62,046 bases of DNA from Gnetum montanum (taxonomy: Eukaryota; Plantae; Gnetophyta). The stretch is taken from assembly GCA_015680685.1 (NCBI GenBank), contig MNCI01003167.1, forward strand, positions 2,498 to 64,543, read 5' to 3'. The notes under the pieces were generated by a model. The model ran no database searches. It worked only from the letters and a program-made list of their open reading frames with translations, and was not told where the DNA came from. Position 1 is the stretch's first letter; the number at the start of each line of letters is the position of its first letter. The position numbers were made by a program, and so were the translations under genes. Below are positions 1-13,432 of this stretch, one piece after another.

Positions 1-1788
1 AGTATTTTCAAAGAAGAAAGAAGATCATATCGATCATCTTTAGCAAGTTTTCGACAATTTCCGTGACTTTGGTATTTCATTAAATCCTAAGAAGTGTATC
101 TTCGGGGTTAAATCTGGAAGTCTATTACGCCATGTGATATGTCAAGAAGGGATTGCCATAGACAATTCTTGAATTCAAGTAGTACAAAATATTGAGCACC
201 CCTCTAGTAAGAAATCTATTAGATCATTCTTTGGGAAGATAAAATTTGTGAAGAAGTTCATCCCCGGGTTTATTGAAATTACCAAGCCTTTGATGCATAT
301 GCTTAAAAAGGACGTCCAAATAGAGAAAACACCAGAGTCAGAGAAAGCGTTATTAGAAATCAAAAAGGCTATACAAGAGGCTCCATATTTGGTAAATCCT
401 AGACTTAAAGAAGATTTTTGGTTATACTCTTTTGCTTCAAATGATTCTATTGCTGCCGTTGTTACACAAAAGGATAGTGAAGGTCAAGATGAACCAATTG
501 GATTCTTTGGGTATCAAATGAAAGGTTCAGAGTTAAATTACTCAGACTTAGAGAAGCAAGCTTTTGCAGTCATCAAGGCACTTCAACATTTTAAATATTA
601 TTTGGAGAGTTCATTAGTACACATTATGCTAATTGAACCTGCAGTCAAGCGGTTTCTATCCCAAAATAAGATTGGATTGAAAAGAGGAAAATGGCTTATA
701 AAGTTGCAAAGTTTTAGATTTTCATTAGAAATATGTAAGAAAATTAAGGGAATGGGACTAGCCAAGTTAATGACTAAAGAAAGTGAAGTTTACACACTTG
801 ACACCCATGAAGAGAATTGGTAATGATAATATTCTCAAATTTCTTACTACAAGGAAAATCCTAAATAATTTAACTGCAAGTCAAAAAAGAGCTTTCTTCA
901 AGAGAGTACGAAGATTTGTTGTTAAAGATGGTATAATATATTAAAAGGATTTTCGGGGAGTTCTATTGGAATGTGTTCATAATGATCAAAATAGTTTCAT
1001 TTTGGAATAATTCCATGATCATTTGAATTTATTTTATGAATCCCCTAAGTCAACTATGCAACATATACTTCGATATGGATATTACTGGCCTTCCATGTAT
1101 CAAGACATTAGTTCGAAGATTCAAAAATGCTATAAATGTCAAGTTCATGTGTCCAAGATTAAAAGGGCTAGAGCCCCTTTAAAACCAGTAGTTGCGGATA
1201 GACCATTTCAGCAATGGGGTTTGGATTTTATTGGTACNNNNNNNNNNNNNNNNNNNNNNNNNNNNNNNNNNNNNNNNNNNNNNNNNNNNNNNNNNNNNNN
1301 NNNNNNNNNNNNNNNNNNNNNNNNNNNNNNNNNNNNNNNNNNNNNNNNNNNNNNNNNNNNNNNNNNNNNNNNNNNNNNNNNNNNNNNNNNNNNNNNNNNN
1401 NNNNNNNNNNNNNNNNNNNNNNNNNNNNNNNNNNNNNNNNNNNNNNNNNNNNNNNNNNNNNNNNNNNNNNNNNGATAAAGATAGAAGTTTCATGACTTTA
1501 CTTATTAAAAGGGAAGCTGAAGTAGATAAAGCAAGGGATAATTTGTTACAGAATACCTCTCAAGTTAAAAGATGGTTTGATAGGAAATCTTTGAGAAGAA
1601 CTTTCAAGATAGGAGACCTTGTCCTGTTATGGAATATGAAGAAACCAAATAAGTTTACATCAACATGGATTGGTCCCTTTCAAATTTCAAAGAAATTATT
1701 AGAGGATACCTACAAATTAGCAACCTTGGATAGCATGGAATTACAGTTTCCATATAATATTTTGCATATAAAACATTATTTGGGATAA
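1..1788 (+). pseudogene. pol: Ty3/gypsy pol 3' part (RT C-terminus, RNase H, integrase) of element Z; interrupted by stops and an N gap
   Basis: LNPKKCIFGV (RT); NYSDLEKQAFAVIKALQHFKYYL (RNase H); GYYWPSMYQD...CYKCQ and PFQQWGLDFIG (integrase); FKIGDLVLL...WIGPF (GPY/F tail). RH runs directly into IN with no aRH domain. Confidence 0.95.
1238..1473. other. Assembly gap (N run) inside integrase
   Basis: Run of Ns. Confidence 1.
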
Positions 1789-2148
1789 TTGCATACAAAT
1801 TAAAGATGTTATGACACGAAAATAATATATGTATATAGTATTATGTAAATATTACTAGTAGTTATGATTTACTTATATTTGAAATATTATCTTTCCTTCA
1901 AATGAGACAAGAGGAAGCATGCAAGTGAAACAAGTGGAATTCTACAAAGTTGGCAAGTGGAGAGGGTGACTGATCCACCACTTGGTGAGGATTATGAAAA
2001 ATGGTTTGAATGCCTAAAAATGAGGAAGCTTGGTTAGAGACACATGGATGGAAGTTAAACATTTAGGCACCTATAAAAGGAGGGTTAGATTGTTTAAGAT
2101 TTCATCATCTTTTATGTCAACTTTGGTAGTGAAGATTAGAGAGAGCTA

Positions 2149-2490
2149 ATGGAGTTTAAGAGAGCAATGAGAATGCCTTTTATTCCAGATGTGATGGGAT
2201 GTTGCCCTGAGCATGTATTGAAGGCCTATCTAAAGGCTAAATCTTGTGGAGCTCCAAAGGAATGCCCTTTTATGGCTTGGCTATTCGATGAATTTTCTTT
2301 TCTCACTTGGGGTTTGGATATTGAGTCCAATGTTTGGGGGCAATATCAAGATTGCTCCAAAGATGAAGAAAAAGAAGAAGAGCCACCAACTCATGGAAAA
2401 TCATCATGGGGATGGGGAGAAGCTTTGGCCACTGAAGAAGAAAATGAAGGAGTCAATGAAGAAGAACAACAGAACTCCTCCCAAAAATAA
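2149..2490 (+). CDS. Extra ORF between pol and 3' LTR of element Z; unknown product with Cys-containing N-half and acidic tail
   Basis: 113-aa ATG-initiated ORF; CTATAAAAG TATA-like box at 2071-2079 upstream. Confidence 0.5.
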   Translation: MEFKRAMRMPFIPDVMGCCPEHVLKAYLKAKSCGAPKECPFMAWLFDEFSFLTWGLDIESNVWGQYQDCSKDEEKEEEPPTHGKSSWGWGEALATEEENEGVNEEEQQNSSQK

Positions 2491-2845
2491 AGTGAAGAAA
2501 AGCTTGGAGAAAAAACTTCATCAGATCAAGGTGAGAGCTCCATTAAACAAGAAGCCAACAAGACCACCTACATCACATCGGAGATCTTGTATGAAGAGGT
2601 GAAGGAGATGAGGATTTCCACTAGGGTAACCCTCACAATTCAGTTTCCACCCAAGGATAGTATATGAGAGACTTGATAATGTATAGTTGTACAGTTTGAT
2701 TTTCTTTTAGGAATGAGGTTTTTTGTCCCATCTCACCTTATGTTAAATGGGAATTTTCCTCAAAAAAGATTTCTATTTAGTTGTATAAATTCAATAAAAT
2801 TTCAGTATGCTCCAGTTTAAAATGAGGTTTATTTAAACTCTTTTT

Positions 2846-2857
2846 GGGGGGCAGAGA
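2846..2857 (+). promoter_or_regulatory. Polypurine tract of element Z
   Basis: GGGGGGCAGAGA directly abutting the LTR start TGTTGG. Confidence 0.85.
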
Positions 2858-5781
2858 TGTTGGCACATTTTCAGCCACTACATGGAGCAGGAGTTTCAAT
2901 TTACTTAAGAAGAATAAAAATGAAATGGGTGCTGGAATTCGGATAAGTTTCATGGAGATAAAACACATATTTAATTTAACCCTACATTAGGCAAAGAATG
3001 TAATATCTCAGCATATTACATTTAACCAAACTTAGACTGGTTCAGTAACGGTGGTAGACATAGAACATACAGGGCCTGGTCACATAAATATATCAAGCAT
3101 GAAATGATGTTGGTCCTGCTTTTACAGAAGCCAAGAACAGGGAAAATGGGTTCTGTGTTAAGAAGAAACAGTTACTGAATACTTGCAGAAACAGGGTTAA
3201 ACACAAAAAAGAAAAACGCAGTATCAATGGCAACAAAAACGCAGTGATGCTTGCTGCTAAAATTTACTAAGAAAATGCCAGAAATCACTCCATATTCTAT
3301 TTGGAATTTTGCCAAACACTTGCCACGGAGGGTTTCTTTGTTCTGTTTCCGCAGTAAGCTTAATTTCCTGGCCAAAGACTACAGAAAATGAATGAAGCAG
3401 GGTCAGAACGCAGCCGGTTGCTACGCCTACGCCTTTGCCTGCAACTCCGGACAGTTCCGAGCAAAAACTGCAAAACAAAAATACGAATGCGCCGGACTTG
3501 GACGCTGTCCACGAATAGGGGCAAGACACCATTGCCGAGGGTTCACAAATTCAAGTCATTTCACCATTAATATAACTGATACCGAGCTCTGCGAAAAAGC
3601 TGTTCCAACTGCAATCGTGTTTGTGGAGAGTTCAATAGATGACACACAGCCATGGCAGACGCGGAAGACATGGAGATGGCGGCAGCAAAGCAGCTGTAGT
3701 GTTTCGGTGACGTCAGCAACAAACCAACGGCAGCAATGACGACCTTTGGGCCAATCCGATGCAGAGCGGTGGCAGAGAAATAACGGACGGAGCAGTTCGA
3801 TGGAGAAGCAACACAAATCGCGGGAGGGAGCTGCGCACAGAAGGATCATCAAGCAATTCGGTTAACCGCGTTAGAAAACCTTACATTTGAAATATATTTA
3901 TTCTCCCATAAAGCTAACGTATTTGCTATCCCGTGAAGTGTTTTTTTTTAAAAAATGAAATGATGATGAATGAAACGTAGCCTCAAGGATAATTATTGAA
4001 TATAAATGTTGATATTTACCTACATATTTAAATTATATTAAAAAAAAACCAAAATCTTGAGGATATGTATGATGTAAACACTTATCAGTTGTAGATTTTA
4101 ATTGTTGTAACTTTCTCCTAGCTTGTTGAGAAATTTATCTTTTAATTGGTTAGTCAGGTTACTTGAGAGAAAAGTTAGGGGAGATATTTTTGGAGATACT
4201 TTTGAATATTTGGAAATTGCAACTTCCCTATATATCATTTAGAAGACTTAATATCTCATTTGGAAGAAGCAAAATCAAAGCGATAAATATGTATGGAGTA
4301 CTATAGCTTGTATTCATATATATATTTTTTGAGATTGCCAAGGCCACTTGTCAACTACCTTATCTCTTTTGTGGTGGCAACCACCCAAGATATTTTGTAA
4401 CTTAGCTAACTTGTTGGGCAAGTAACCGGTCAAGTTACTTGGGAGAGAAGTTAGGTAAGATATTTTAAAATTTGTAACTTCCCTACCTACCTTGGAATCC
4501 TATAAAAGGGCTTCAAGAGGGAAGGAAGGGAGAAATTGGAAGGACTTATCACATCACACTTGGGGTCTCATACATCACATTTTGAAGGCTACTAGTTAGC
4601 ACTTGGGCTCTTGGAAACACTTTGAGTCTTGGGAGAATAGCATTTGTAAAGCAGAAAGTGTGAACGATTGCTTGCAAGATGGCTCGCTAGAATAAAGATT
4701 TCAGCCTCTTTGTCATGGTCCTGTGAGTTATGCATTTCATTTTTTGTTTTGTTTAAATTGCTTAGCTAGTGGTTTAGATAGTATCATCCTTGGCAAGTAA
4801 TTTTGGGATTTTTAGATTGCTCTTATTGTTCTTGTTGCCCGATAGAAATTTCTGTTAAAATTTTGCCATAGAAGCGCTAGTGAATAAAAGCCTTAAGAGC
4901 ATTTTAGTAGTAAATTTCGTTATTGTGCAACGTTTGGGAACTGCTATTGGGTTGTTGGAAGAGAGCCTCTGTTTGTAGTCACGCCGTGGAACAATTTAGT
5001 AGTCGAGAGGGTTCAGAAAATCTTTGGTATTTTGATGGGACCAGAATAGCTTCTTTATCTTTAAAGTGATTTTCCGTGTTATTTCAATCAGAAATTGTCA
5101 AGTCTTTTAAAGGTTCTGTTTGAATGCAATCGTTGGCATCTATTGTCTAGTCAAAGTGGAGTCTCGTACGTGGTAGTTTACGCAGCGATTTTTGGTAGCA
5201 CAGTAGGATTGTCTTCAAGATATTGCTTGGTTGAGCCTTGGGATTTTGAACAATTCGTAGATATTGAATTTGGAATAGCTTTATTGTGAAGTGTTTACTC
5301 GTGTCATTTTACCTTGTTTAAATATTTGAGGTTCACACAAATCTGCTTTCTTTTCTTTTTGTCTATTTCCATTGAATCTTGCTCTATTTCTAGTTTTCTT
5401 ATGGAACTACCTCTCTCTCTGGGGAAAATTAGGAGTAGATTTGCGGAGTTGTGCTCAAATGTTTTTGCAAAATTTTACTTGTTACAAGGAGGTATTATAA
5501 GGACCGTGTAGACTAGGCAGTTGAACAAAACAGGAAACTTTCAACAATTCACAGTACTTGACAAAGTTGGCTGAATCTCTTAAAGTAAGTAATTTGTATT
5601 TTACACACACGTAATCGTTACATTTCTCACAACCGCACGCCGCAACAGCACACACACATACTCACATTAACTACTGAGTTATTTGGAGGTATCTGGGCCT
5701 TGGTGTTGCCAAAGACCAGCAGGCACCTAAATCCTATTCGAGGACACTCGTTGGCGGTCGCGTCCCAAACGGTCACCAACA
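2858..5781 (+). repeat. 3' LTR of element Z (~2.9 kb)
   Basis: Starts TGTTGG after the PPT and ends CCAACA (6-bp terminal inverted repeat); TATAAAA near 4501; homologous to 60189-62046. The right end is inferred from the TIR and a change in sequence character. Confidence 0.8.
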
Positions 5782-6804
5782 CTAACCTTGCACAAAAGTA
5801 GAAACTTGAAAAAGCCATAATCCCAATCCAAAAACCCCATGAAGTCATTTATTCCATGTGACTATGTTGGGGCCTACCATGACTACACTGGCCTAGTATA
5901 GTCATCAATGAGAACATGTTTTTCAACCTTCTAGGAGGTGGAAACAATATAAAACTTGTTAATCCTCAATACTAATCCTCTGTGCTAGTTGTCTAGACCA
6001 TTTAAAGCTTGAAAGTGACCATATGGACTTTGGAAAAGTGCCCATAAATGTTGATTATGATGGGGAGTGCATGACTACACTGGGCTAGCATAGTCACCAA
6101 TAGAACCCAATGTAGTCAAATAAAAAATGTCAATTTTACCTCAAAATAGTACTAGAATGATCCCCTCATGTGCCTAAACCCCCCTATAAACCTTGTAGCC
6201 TCATCCCATGCCCCACTAATGCCTAAAACCAGAAAATTCTAGCCCTGTTTAACAAATAATGATCAAGTTTTACCACATGTATTTCATTGTGATGGATTTA
6301 ACTTTACTTGATGGTGTTTTGACTTAGTTTTATCTTATTGTTCAATGGTAACCTTTATTACCATCAGATGACTTCTTCTAGCCTTTACATCATGGTAGTT
6401 TCATCATATTTATCTTTTTTTCTCTATTATGGCCTCTATTGTACCTCTTTTAGCCTTTGATTACTGTTAAGTGAAGGGGTTTGACCATCATTTGATACCA
6501 TTTAACCATCACTTTTCAAGACCTTAAACTAGCAAAACGTAACCTTAGTTAGCCATGCATGGTCTTTTTTATTGTATTTTTATGATGTTTCAACTTGTTT
6601 TGACCTTTATTTGCCTCTATTTAGCCTTTTTTCCATCTTATTTATCTTCATCCACATCCCATGACCTTGGTTGACCTTGTTTCCATTTTGTTTAACATTG
6701 GTATAGCATTTGTTTGCATATTTACTAAGGTATTTTACTCATTTTAACATTATTTACTTATTTCTATCTAGGTGTCACTTAGTGTTCTTATGGTTCACAT
6801 GCAG

Positions 6805-9800
6805 GGTTGAAGTATGGATACCTGGAAGTAAATGACCTTCGCATTGAATCTAACGAGGCCCTAAGATGATGTTGAATGGCGTATTGACCCTAACTACCTA
6901 GATCTTAAGATTGGAAGTCTTGTTAGCCACATACCCTTAATAGACAAACCTATTGAATGGCCTAAGAACTTAGTTAAAACCCTTGACCTTGAGGTTGGTG
7001 ACATTACTAAAGACTCTCTAGTTCAAGTTCCTATTGCAACACATAGTGATGTAGAGAAAATACTAAAACTAAGTTTCTCATTGGAACCTCAAAATGTGTG
7101 AGACATCACCAAGGCCATACAAGATAACATTAAGGCATTTGCCCAGTCATATGAAGATCTATTAGGTCTAGACCCATGCCTAGTATAACATAACATCATA
7201 CTTGATCCTAGCATTAGATGAAATAGGCAAAAGATTCATAAGATTAGACTTGGTTTGGCCTTAGTAGTTCATGATGAAATCACAAAACTATACTAAGCTA
7301 GTTTCATTAGAGGTGTTGATTATGTAGAATAGGCGTTCAACATAGTGGCAGTTCCAAAGAAACATAAAAGTATTTGCATTTTCATATATTTTCAAGACCT
7401 AAATAATGCAACCATCAAGGATGATTTTCCTTTTCTTAGTATTGAGTAACTTATCAATAGCATGGCTAAGCATGCCTAATTATCCTTAATGGATGGGTTC
7501 TTAGGATACAACCAAATTAGGATTAATTAAGAACATTAACTTAGTAAAACCTTCATGATCCTTTGGGGTACTTTTTGTTATACAATGATTCCATTTGGCT
7601 TAAAGAACACTAGGGCAACCTAACAAAGAGCTATGATATATATATTTAGTGATTATATGCTAGGTTTTCTTAAAAATTACATAGATGATGTAGTTGTTAA
7701 GTCCAAAGTAGCCAGTGATCATACACATGACCTCAACCTTGTCTTCAAACAATGTCTGAAATATGAGCTTAGGCTTAATCCCAAAAAGTGTCTTTGGCAT
7801 TAAAACTAGTAATATGCTTGGCTTTGTAGTATTTTAAGTAGGAACAAGGGTCAATTGTCATAAGGTTAAAACCATATCACAACGAGCAGTACCAACTAAT
7901 ATTAAGGATCCTTGAGGATTGCATGGCAAATAAAAATTTATCTAAAGGTTTATTTCTATGCTTACAGATAAGTTACAGCCCATGCAACACTTAGTTAAGA
8001 AAGGAGTTCACTATGAGTGGATGGTTCAATGCTAAGAAGCCTTTGAAAATCTTAATTAAGAGTTGGAACAACTATTGATAGTCTATTCTTTGTAAGAGGA
8101 TAAACCATTTTACATCTACCTTGCTATCTCTAACATGTCTATTGCCTCTCTACTCTATCAAAAATGAGATGATAGAGTGGAGTTACCCACATACTACTTA
8201 AGCCATGCATTATTTATCCATGAGACTCGATACACAAAAGTGGAGAAATATTTTCTAGCCCTAGTCTTCTCATTGAAGAAGTGGAGGCACTACCTCTTTA
8301 GGAGCTAGGTCAATGTCATTTGCAAGGATAATGTGCTTAAAGCCATAATGATCAACATTTATGAAAGTAGCCATATAGCCCATTGGAATGCCATAACCAT
8401 GGAGCTTGACCTTCATTATGTTTCCTAAGCCTCAACAAATGGTCAATCTATAGCCATACAATTCACTATCTCACCAGTAGAAGACCATATGACCATAGAT
8501 CCCAAATTTTCAAATGAACACATCAACATTTTCAGCAATGTACCTAAGGATTATGAGGTAGTCATGCCCTTTGATAGAGCTTCAACTGCCCATGGGGCTA
8601 GTGCTACTGCCATCATAACATTCTCATCTAATGAAATTCAACCCTTTTCTTACTAATTTAAGTCTCCATGTACCAACAATATAGCAACGTATGAGGGTGT
8701 GATGAGAGGGATGATGGTATTTCATGACCAAGGAATTAAATGCTTAATGATCAAAGGGGTTTCACACCTTTTGGTTAACCATGTAATTGATGTTTATGCA
8801 TGTAAAACCAAATATTTACAACCTTACTATGACCTAGGAAAGAAACTACTATAACAATTTATGGGCATCGATATCCAACATGTACCCTAAACTAAGAACA
8901 CTATAGTTGATGTCATTGTAATGCTAGCCCTTAGTGTGACACCAGATGTGTTTAGCAAGTTACCCACCTTGACTATGGACTATGCCATTTCCATCTCACA
9001 AAGCACTGAGGGTACCTTTGTAGTTGTAATTCATATTGTAACTGCAAATGAGTGGTATGATGATAAAAAATTTTATGCTATGCATGGGTTAACTTCACAA
9101 GGCTTGATTGCTACTAAAAAGGATACTATACATAATTGATGAAAAGGAAATGTCATAGTAGGAAATAACATATTATGTTGATGATCCTATGATGGAATAT
9201 TATTAGTGTGCTTGGGTAAAACCAAATCCTAAACACTGCTAGAGTAAGGTTCATGAGGGTGTGTGTGGGAAACATATATGACCTAGAGCCATGGTCGCCA
9301 AGGTTAGATGATTAGGCTATTACTAGTCCTATATGGAAAGAATTTGGCTATTGAAGGTCAAAGCATATGATATGTGCCAACAACATAGTAACCTTATACA
9401 TGTACTACCAACTAAGTTACACACCACATAGGTAACTTGGTCATTGCCATAGTGGGAGCTGGATATCATTGGACCTATAATGCCTAATTCTTCTATAGGG
9501 CATAGCTTTATCATCACTACAATCAAATACTTCACAAAATGGGTTGAAGCTATTCTCCTAAGAAGGATAACATCTAAACAAGTCTATAGATTTATACTTG
9601 ATAACATAGTAGATCGTTTTGGCATACCTATGACGATATTCAGAAACAATCGATCATAGTTTAGCAAGTAAGAAAGGAAAATGTTTTGTCACAACCTAGG
9701 CATTAAACAATCCTTCTTATTACCATATTACCCTCAAGCCAATGGACAAGATGAAGTAAGCAATAAGGCCATTATCAACTTACTCAAGAAGATGCTTAAC

Positions 9801-10293
9801 AATAATAAATGCAAGTGGCATGAATAGCTTGTCCATGTGCTTGGACTTATAGAACAACCTATTCAATCACAACCAATGTAATCCCAAATAGCCTGGTTTA
9901 TGATTTTGAAGTTATTTTACCTCTTGAATTATAGGTACCATCCCTCTGAGCAACCTTATCAAACTTCATCAGTAATGAACAAAATAAGAAGCTATGCATC
10001 ATGGACCTAGACTTGGTGGAGGAGTAATGGATGTAAATGCTTACCCACATCGAGCAACACCAAGAGAGGTAGAAACAACAACATGACCAGAACCTAAACA
10101 AGCGTAAGATCAGGAAGGTGACCTAGTCATCAAAGCTATCCATGAGCATGTAGATGAATTCATAGCCAACTGGAAAGGGCCTTTCTTAATCACTAAGGCC
10201 TATTATAACAGACCCTTCAAGATAGCAAACATGAAAGGAAATGACTTGGCCAATCCAATCAATCATTTCTATCTAAAGCCCTATTACATGTAG
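6805..10293 (+). pseudogene. pol: Degenerate Tat/Ogre-type pol of element A (RT-RH-aRH-IN)
   Basis: FQDLNNATIKDDFP, MDGFLGYNQI, PFGLKN, NYIDDVVVKS (RT); aRH FDRAS...CTNNIATYEG (~8570-8700); IN ELDIIGP, YFTKWVEA, YYPQANGQ, WKGPF. Many TAG/TAA stops. Preceded by a CATGCAG|G splice-acceptor-like site at 6804. Confidence 0.93.
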
Positions 10294-11279
10294 CTTGTGG
10301 AAACCAACAATAGATGTCAATAATAAATAATAGGTGAGCCTTCATAACCTATTTTTGCATAATAGATGAACTATGAAACTTTGTAACATTGGTAATCTTG
10401 GATAGCTTGATTTGTTGATTATCTTGTATGGCCTTATGCATTTTACTATAAAAACATAACTTCTTTATGTGGTTTTCTTATTCTCTTGGAGTTGTGCTTG
10501 CAAGATGTAGCCTGGATTCATGTAAGAGGTACAACTCATTATAGTAGAAAGTCACCATGTGACCTCAATGTGTAAGATCTAATGAGTGTATAATACCATA
10601 CCAAGAGTGTTTTTTTTTTGCATCATTTTCATTACCACTCCTTGAGCACAACCCCATAGCTTGATCATAACCTTCCTTACCCTTCATTTAATATTTATGA
10701 ATTATGACTATTTAACATCTCCTTCATCATGCTCCACCATCAAGTCCATTGAGTGTAGCACATCTCATTCAATGAGAAAACCAAATCAAATTCAACCTTG
10801 GTAACAAAGCCTAATGAAGGTTTCATCCTTAAAAAACGGTAAAAAAATTACCAATAATTTGAACAACTAATGAAGCCTAAAAGAACAAACCAATGCCTCT
10901 CAACATGAAAAGAAATAAGCCTAATAATGAAAGAAGCCTTGGAGTGAACTGTTGATTTCTCAAATGTATTCCTGAGTTACCAACACTTGAAAACATGAAG
11001 TGCAAAGTCCACATTGATTAAACAAAGTGTCATAGCCATGGATGTAGCCATGATGCCAACATTTAAAATTCATTATTAGCCCTCATAACAATTTTCCTAT
11101 AGCCAATGATAGCCCTTATCATAACCTCATTCCATCATTAGAAGCTCTCTTTGGCATGGTTTAACACTATTAGAGTAAGCACAAAGTGGGAAAGTTGGTG
11201 ATGGACCTATAGTGGTTTTTTTTATTCTTTTTTTATGCCTCTTAGGTTAATCCTTCAAATACTAACAAAGAGGGATCAA

Positions 11280-12848
11280 TGAAACAACACCAAAATTTCA
11301 TGTTGCAAACTATAACCTTCATTTCCCAACGTGAGACAAGCTTTCATTGTAAATGTAAGATTTGTAGTCCATGAGCTACAATCTTGCATACTTTAGCTTT
11401 TGGGGATGCAAATGTCTCAAAAGTTTTTATTGCCTCACTTTCCAAGGGAAAAAAGGTATCTCATGTCTATATTTCGGCTTAGGAAGGCTGAAAATGCCTT
11501 AGGAATAACCAAAAATAGCATTTTCATGGGATTTTATAGGGGTATAGCCTCTAGTGTACATGGAATTGATGGGATTTTCCATTTCCAATGTAGCATAGCC
11601 ATCATAAAACCCAATGAAGATGTAGTATTGAAACTATTTGGATTTTTCATTTTGGAATTGGTAGAATTTTCCATTTTAGAATTGGCAAAATTTTCCATTT
11701 TGAAATTGGTGTTACTTTCAAATTTCATTTTCATTTCTAGTTTTTCAATAGTGAATAGCATAGTCACCCCAATTCTTCAATAATTAAAACATGACTAGCA
11801 TAGATAACATTTTCTAGTGGTTTCGTCAATTTTACCTGTTTCAACATTTTTCTTAAATTCTAGCATTTTCTATACTTTCCATGTTTTCCACATTTTCCAT
11901 ATATTCCAAAATTTCCCAACAACTTTAGTGTAGTCTACCAAGAACAACGTAGTTGGGATGGTGTTAGCATAGTCACAAAAGTACATTTACTATTTATTGT
12001 AAATGGATGGATGCTAGTAACTACAGTGTATTCCAAAATTTCTATAAATGTTAACTATGCTAAAATGTGTAACCCTTACCAACTGCCAATTGACATTAGT
12101 CTATTAGTAATCAAGATAGTGATGTGTAGGCCCTAAAATAAGCAATTTCATCCCTATAAAAATCCAAGATAAACATCTTATTTCATTCTACAACCTTGAC
12201 AGAAAACATCAATAGCATTTGGCATTTTTGTAACCCAAAGAACCTTATGACCTTACAACCTCTTTTAGCAACATAATCTGGTAACTATGCTTGGCATAAT
12301 GAATTTCATGTAATACCATTACACCAAAGATGGAACACTCATTTATGGCCTTATTACTAATTCTAATGGAAACCAGTGTAGAGTTGCTAGAAATTAGAGT
12401 TGGAAAGCATCTGAATTGTGGAGTTCCAAGTGTAGGCCATAAGCTCCAAAAGACTTCAAACTCCTTGAAGAAAATTCTTGTGCACTTAACAGAAAATCTA
12501 TACTTCTTAAACATGTTACTTTATTTTCAAATTTTAATAAAACTATAGTTCATTTATTCTATAGATTTGAGTTTCATCTTTCTATTTCTATGTCTTTTTC
12601 CATTCTAGATCTACAGTTTCATTTACATTTTCATTTTCATTTTCATTTACATTTATGTTTATGTGGCCTTTTTACACTTTTGTAAGTCCTTATGTGATTA
12701 GCCACATCATCCAAGGTGCCTTAGATCTCATTTTCAAAGGCACTTGGGATCCAAAGCTAAANCGTGATTAGCCACATCATCCAAGGTGCCTTAGATCTCA
12801 TTTTCAAAGGCACTTGGGATCCAAAGCTAAAACTATTTTGACATTAGG
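11280..12848 (+). repeat. 3' LTR of element A (interrupted by element L; may resume at ~18355-18406)
   Basis: PPT AAAGAGGGATCAA then TGAAACA, like B's junction. Homologous in reverse complement to ~52620-52856 and ~44160-44900. TATA at ~12155. Confidence 0.75.
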
Positions 12849-13418
12849 TGTCACATCCCCATTTCCAAATGATGTTGCCTAATGAAGATGTTGTCTCTTC
12901 ATAACAAGTGTTATTATCATCTTAACAAGACCCAAAAGGGTAGTTGTGATTAAGACCCAAAAGGATGCATTGTAATAATGGACATGTCTCTTAAGGTAAC
13001 CTTTGGTGGTTTGACCTAAGGCATTTATACCTTGGGTTAGAGGTCATGCTAGCATGAAGTGGTAAAACCAATGTAGGCAAGTCATGGAAAGTTGGGTGAA
13101 GTGGAATAGAAAGTGGATTGGCCATCCCTTTCAGCTAGGTTATAGGCCTAACTATGGTGGTAGTGTTAGATTGCCTCTAAGAAATAGATGCCAAAGGAAA
13201 AGAACCTCAATGAACACTCATAGCACGATCTAGATACACTATTCCATATCAATAAAGAATTCTTTTCTTCCTCTTTCTACATTTTTTCTATTATTTTCTT
13301 TATACATAATGTCAAATATCACATATATTTTGCATATGGTATATTTTATTCATATGCATAATGTCTAATAAATTGTACATTTGATGTTTTCCATGATATC
13401 TAGGGATGGGATGCCACA
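12849..13418 (+). repeat. 5' LTR of element L
   Basis: TG...CA ends with inverted termini TGTCACATCCC/GGGATGCCACA; aligns with 17832 onward. Confidence 0.9.
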
Positions 13419-13420
13419 AT

Positions 13421-13432
13421 TAGTATTAGAGC
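13421..13432 (+). promoter_or_regulatory. Primer-binding site (tRNA-iMet type), degenerate
   Basis: TAGTATTAGAGC vs canonical TGGTATCAGAGC, 2 nt after the LTR end. Confidence 0.8.

Noticed and set aside
3392-3739. Cys/His-rich ORF MKQGQNAAGCY... repeated at 60767-60958
   Set aside because: It lies within LTRs. The copies differ in length and show more replacement than silent changes, so conservation is explained by LTR homology.
11400-11783. ORFs with repeated FSILEL / KMEN units; likewise 36322-36513
   Set aside because: They are translations of short tandem repeats in non-coding element regions.
12694-12831. Exact 68-bp tandem duplication
   Set aside because: The two copies flank a single N (12762) in otherwise old, diverged DNA, which is typical of an unmerged contig overlap.
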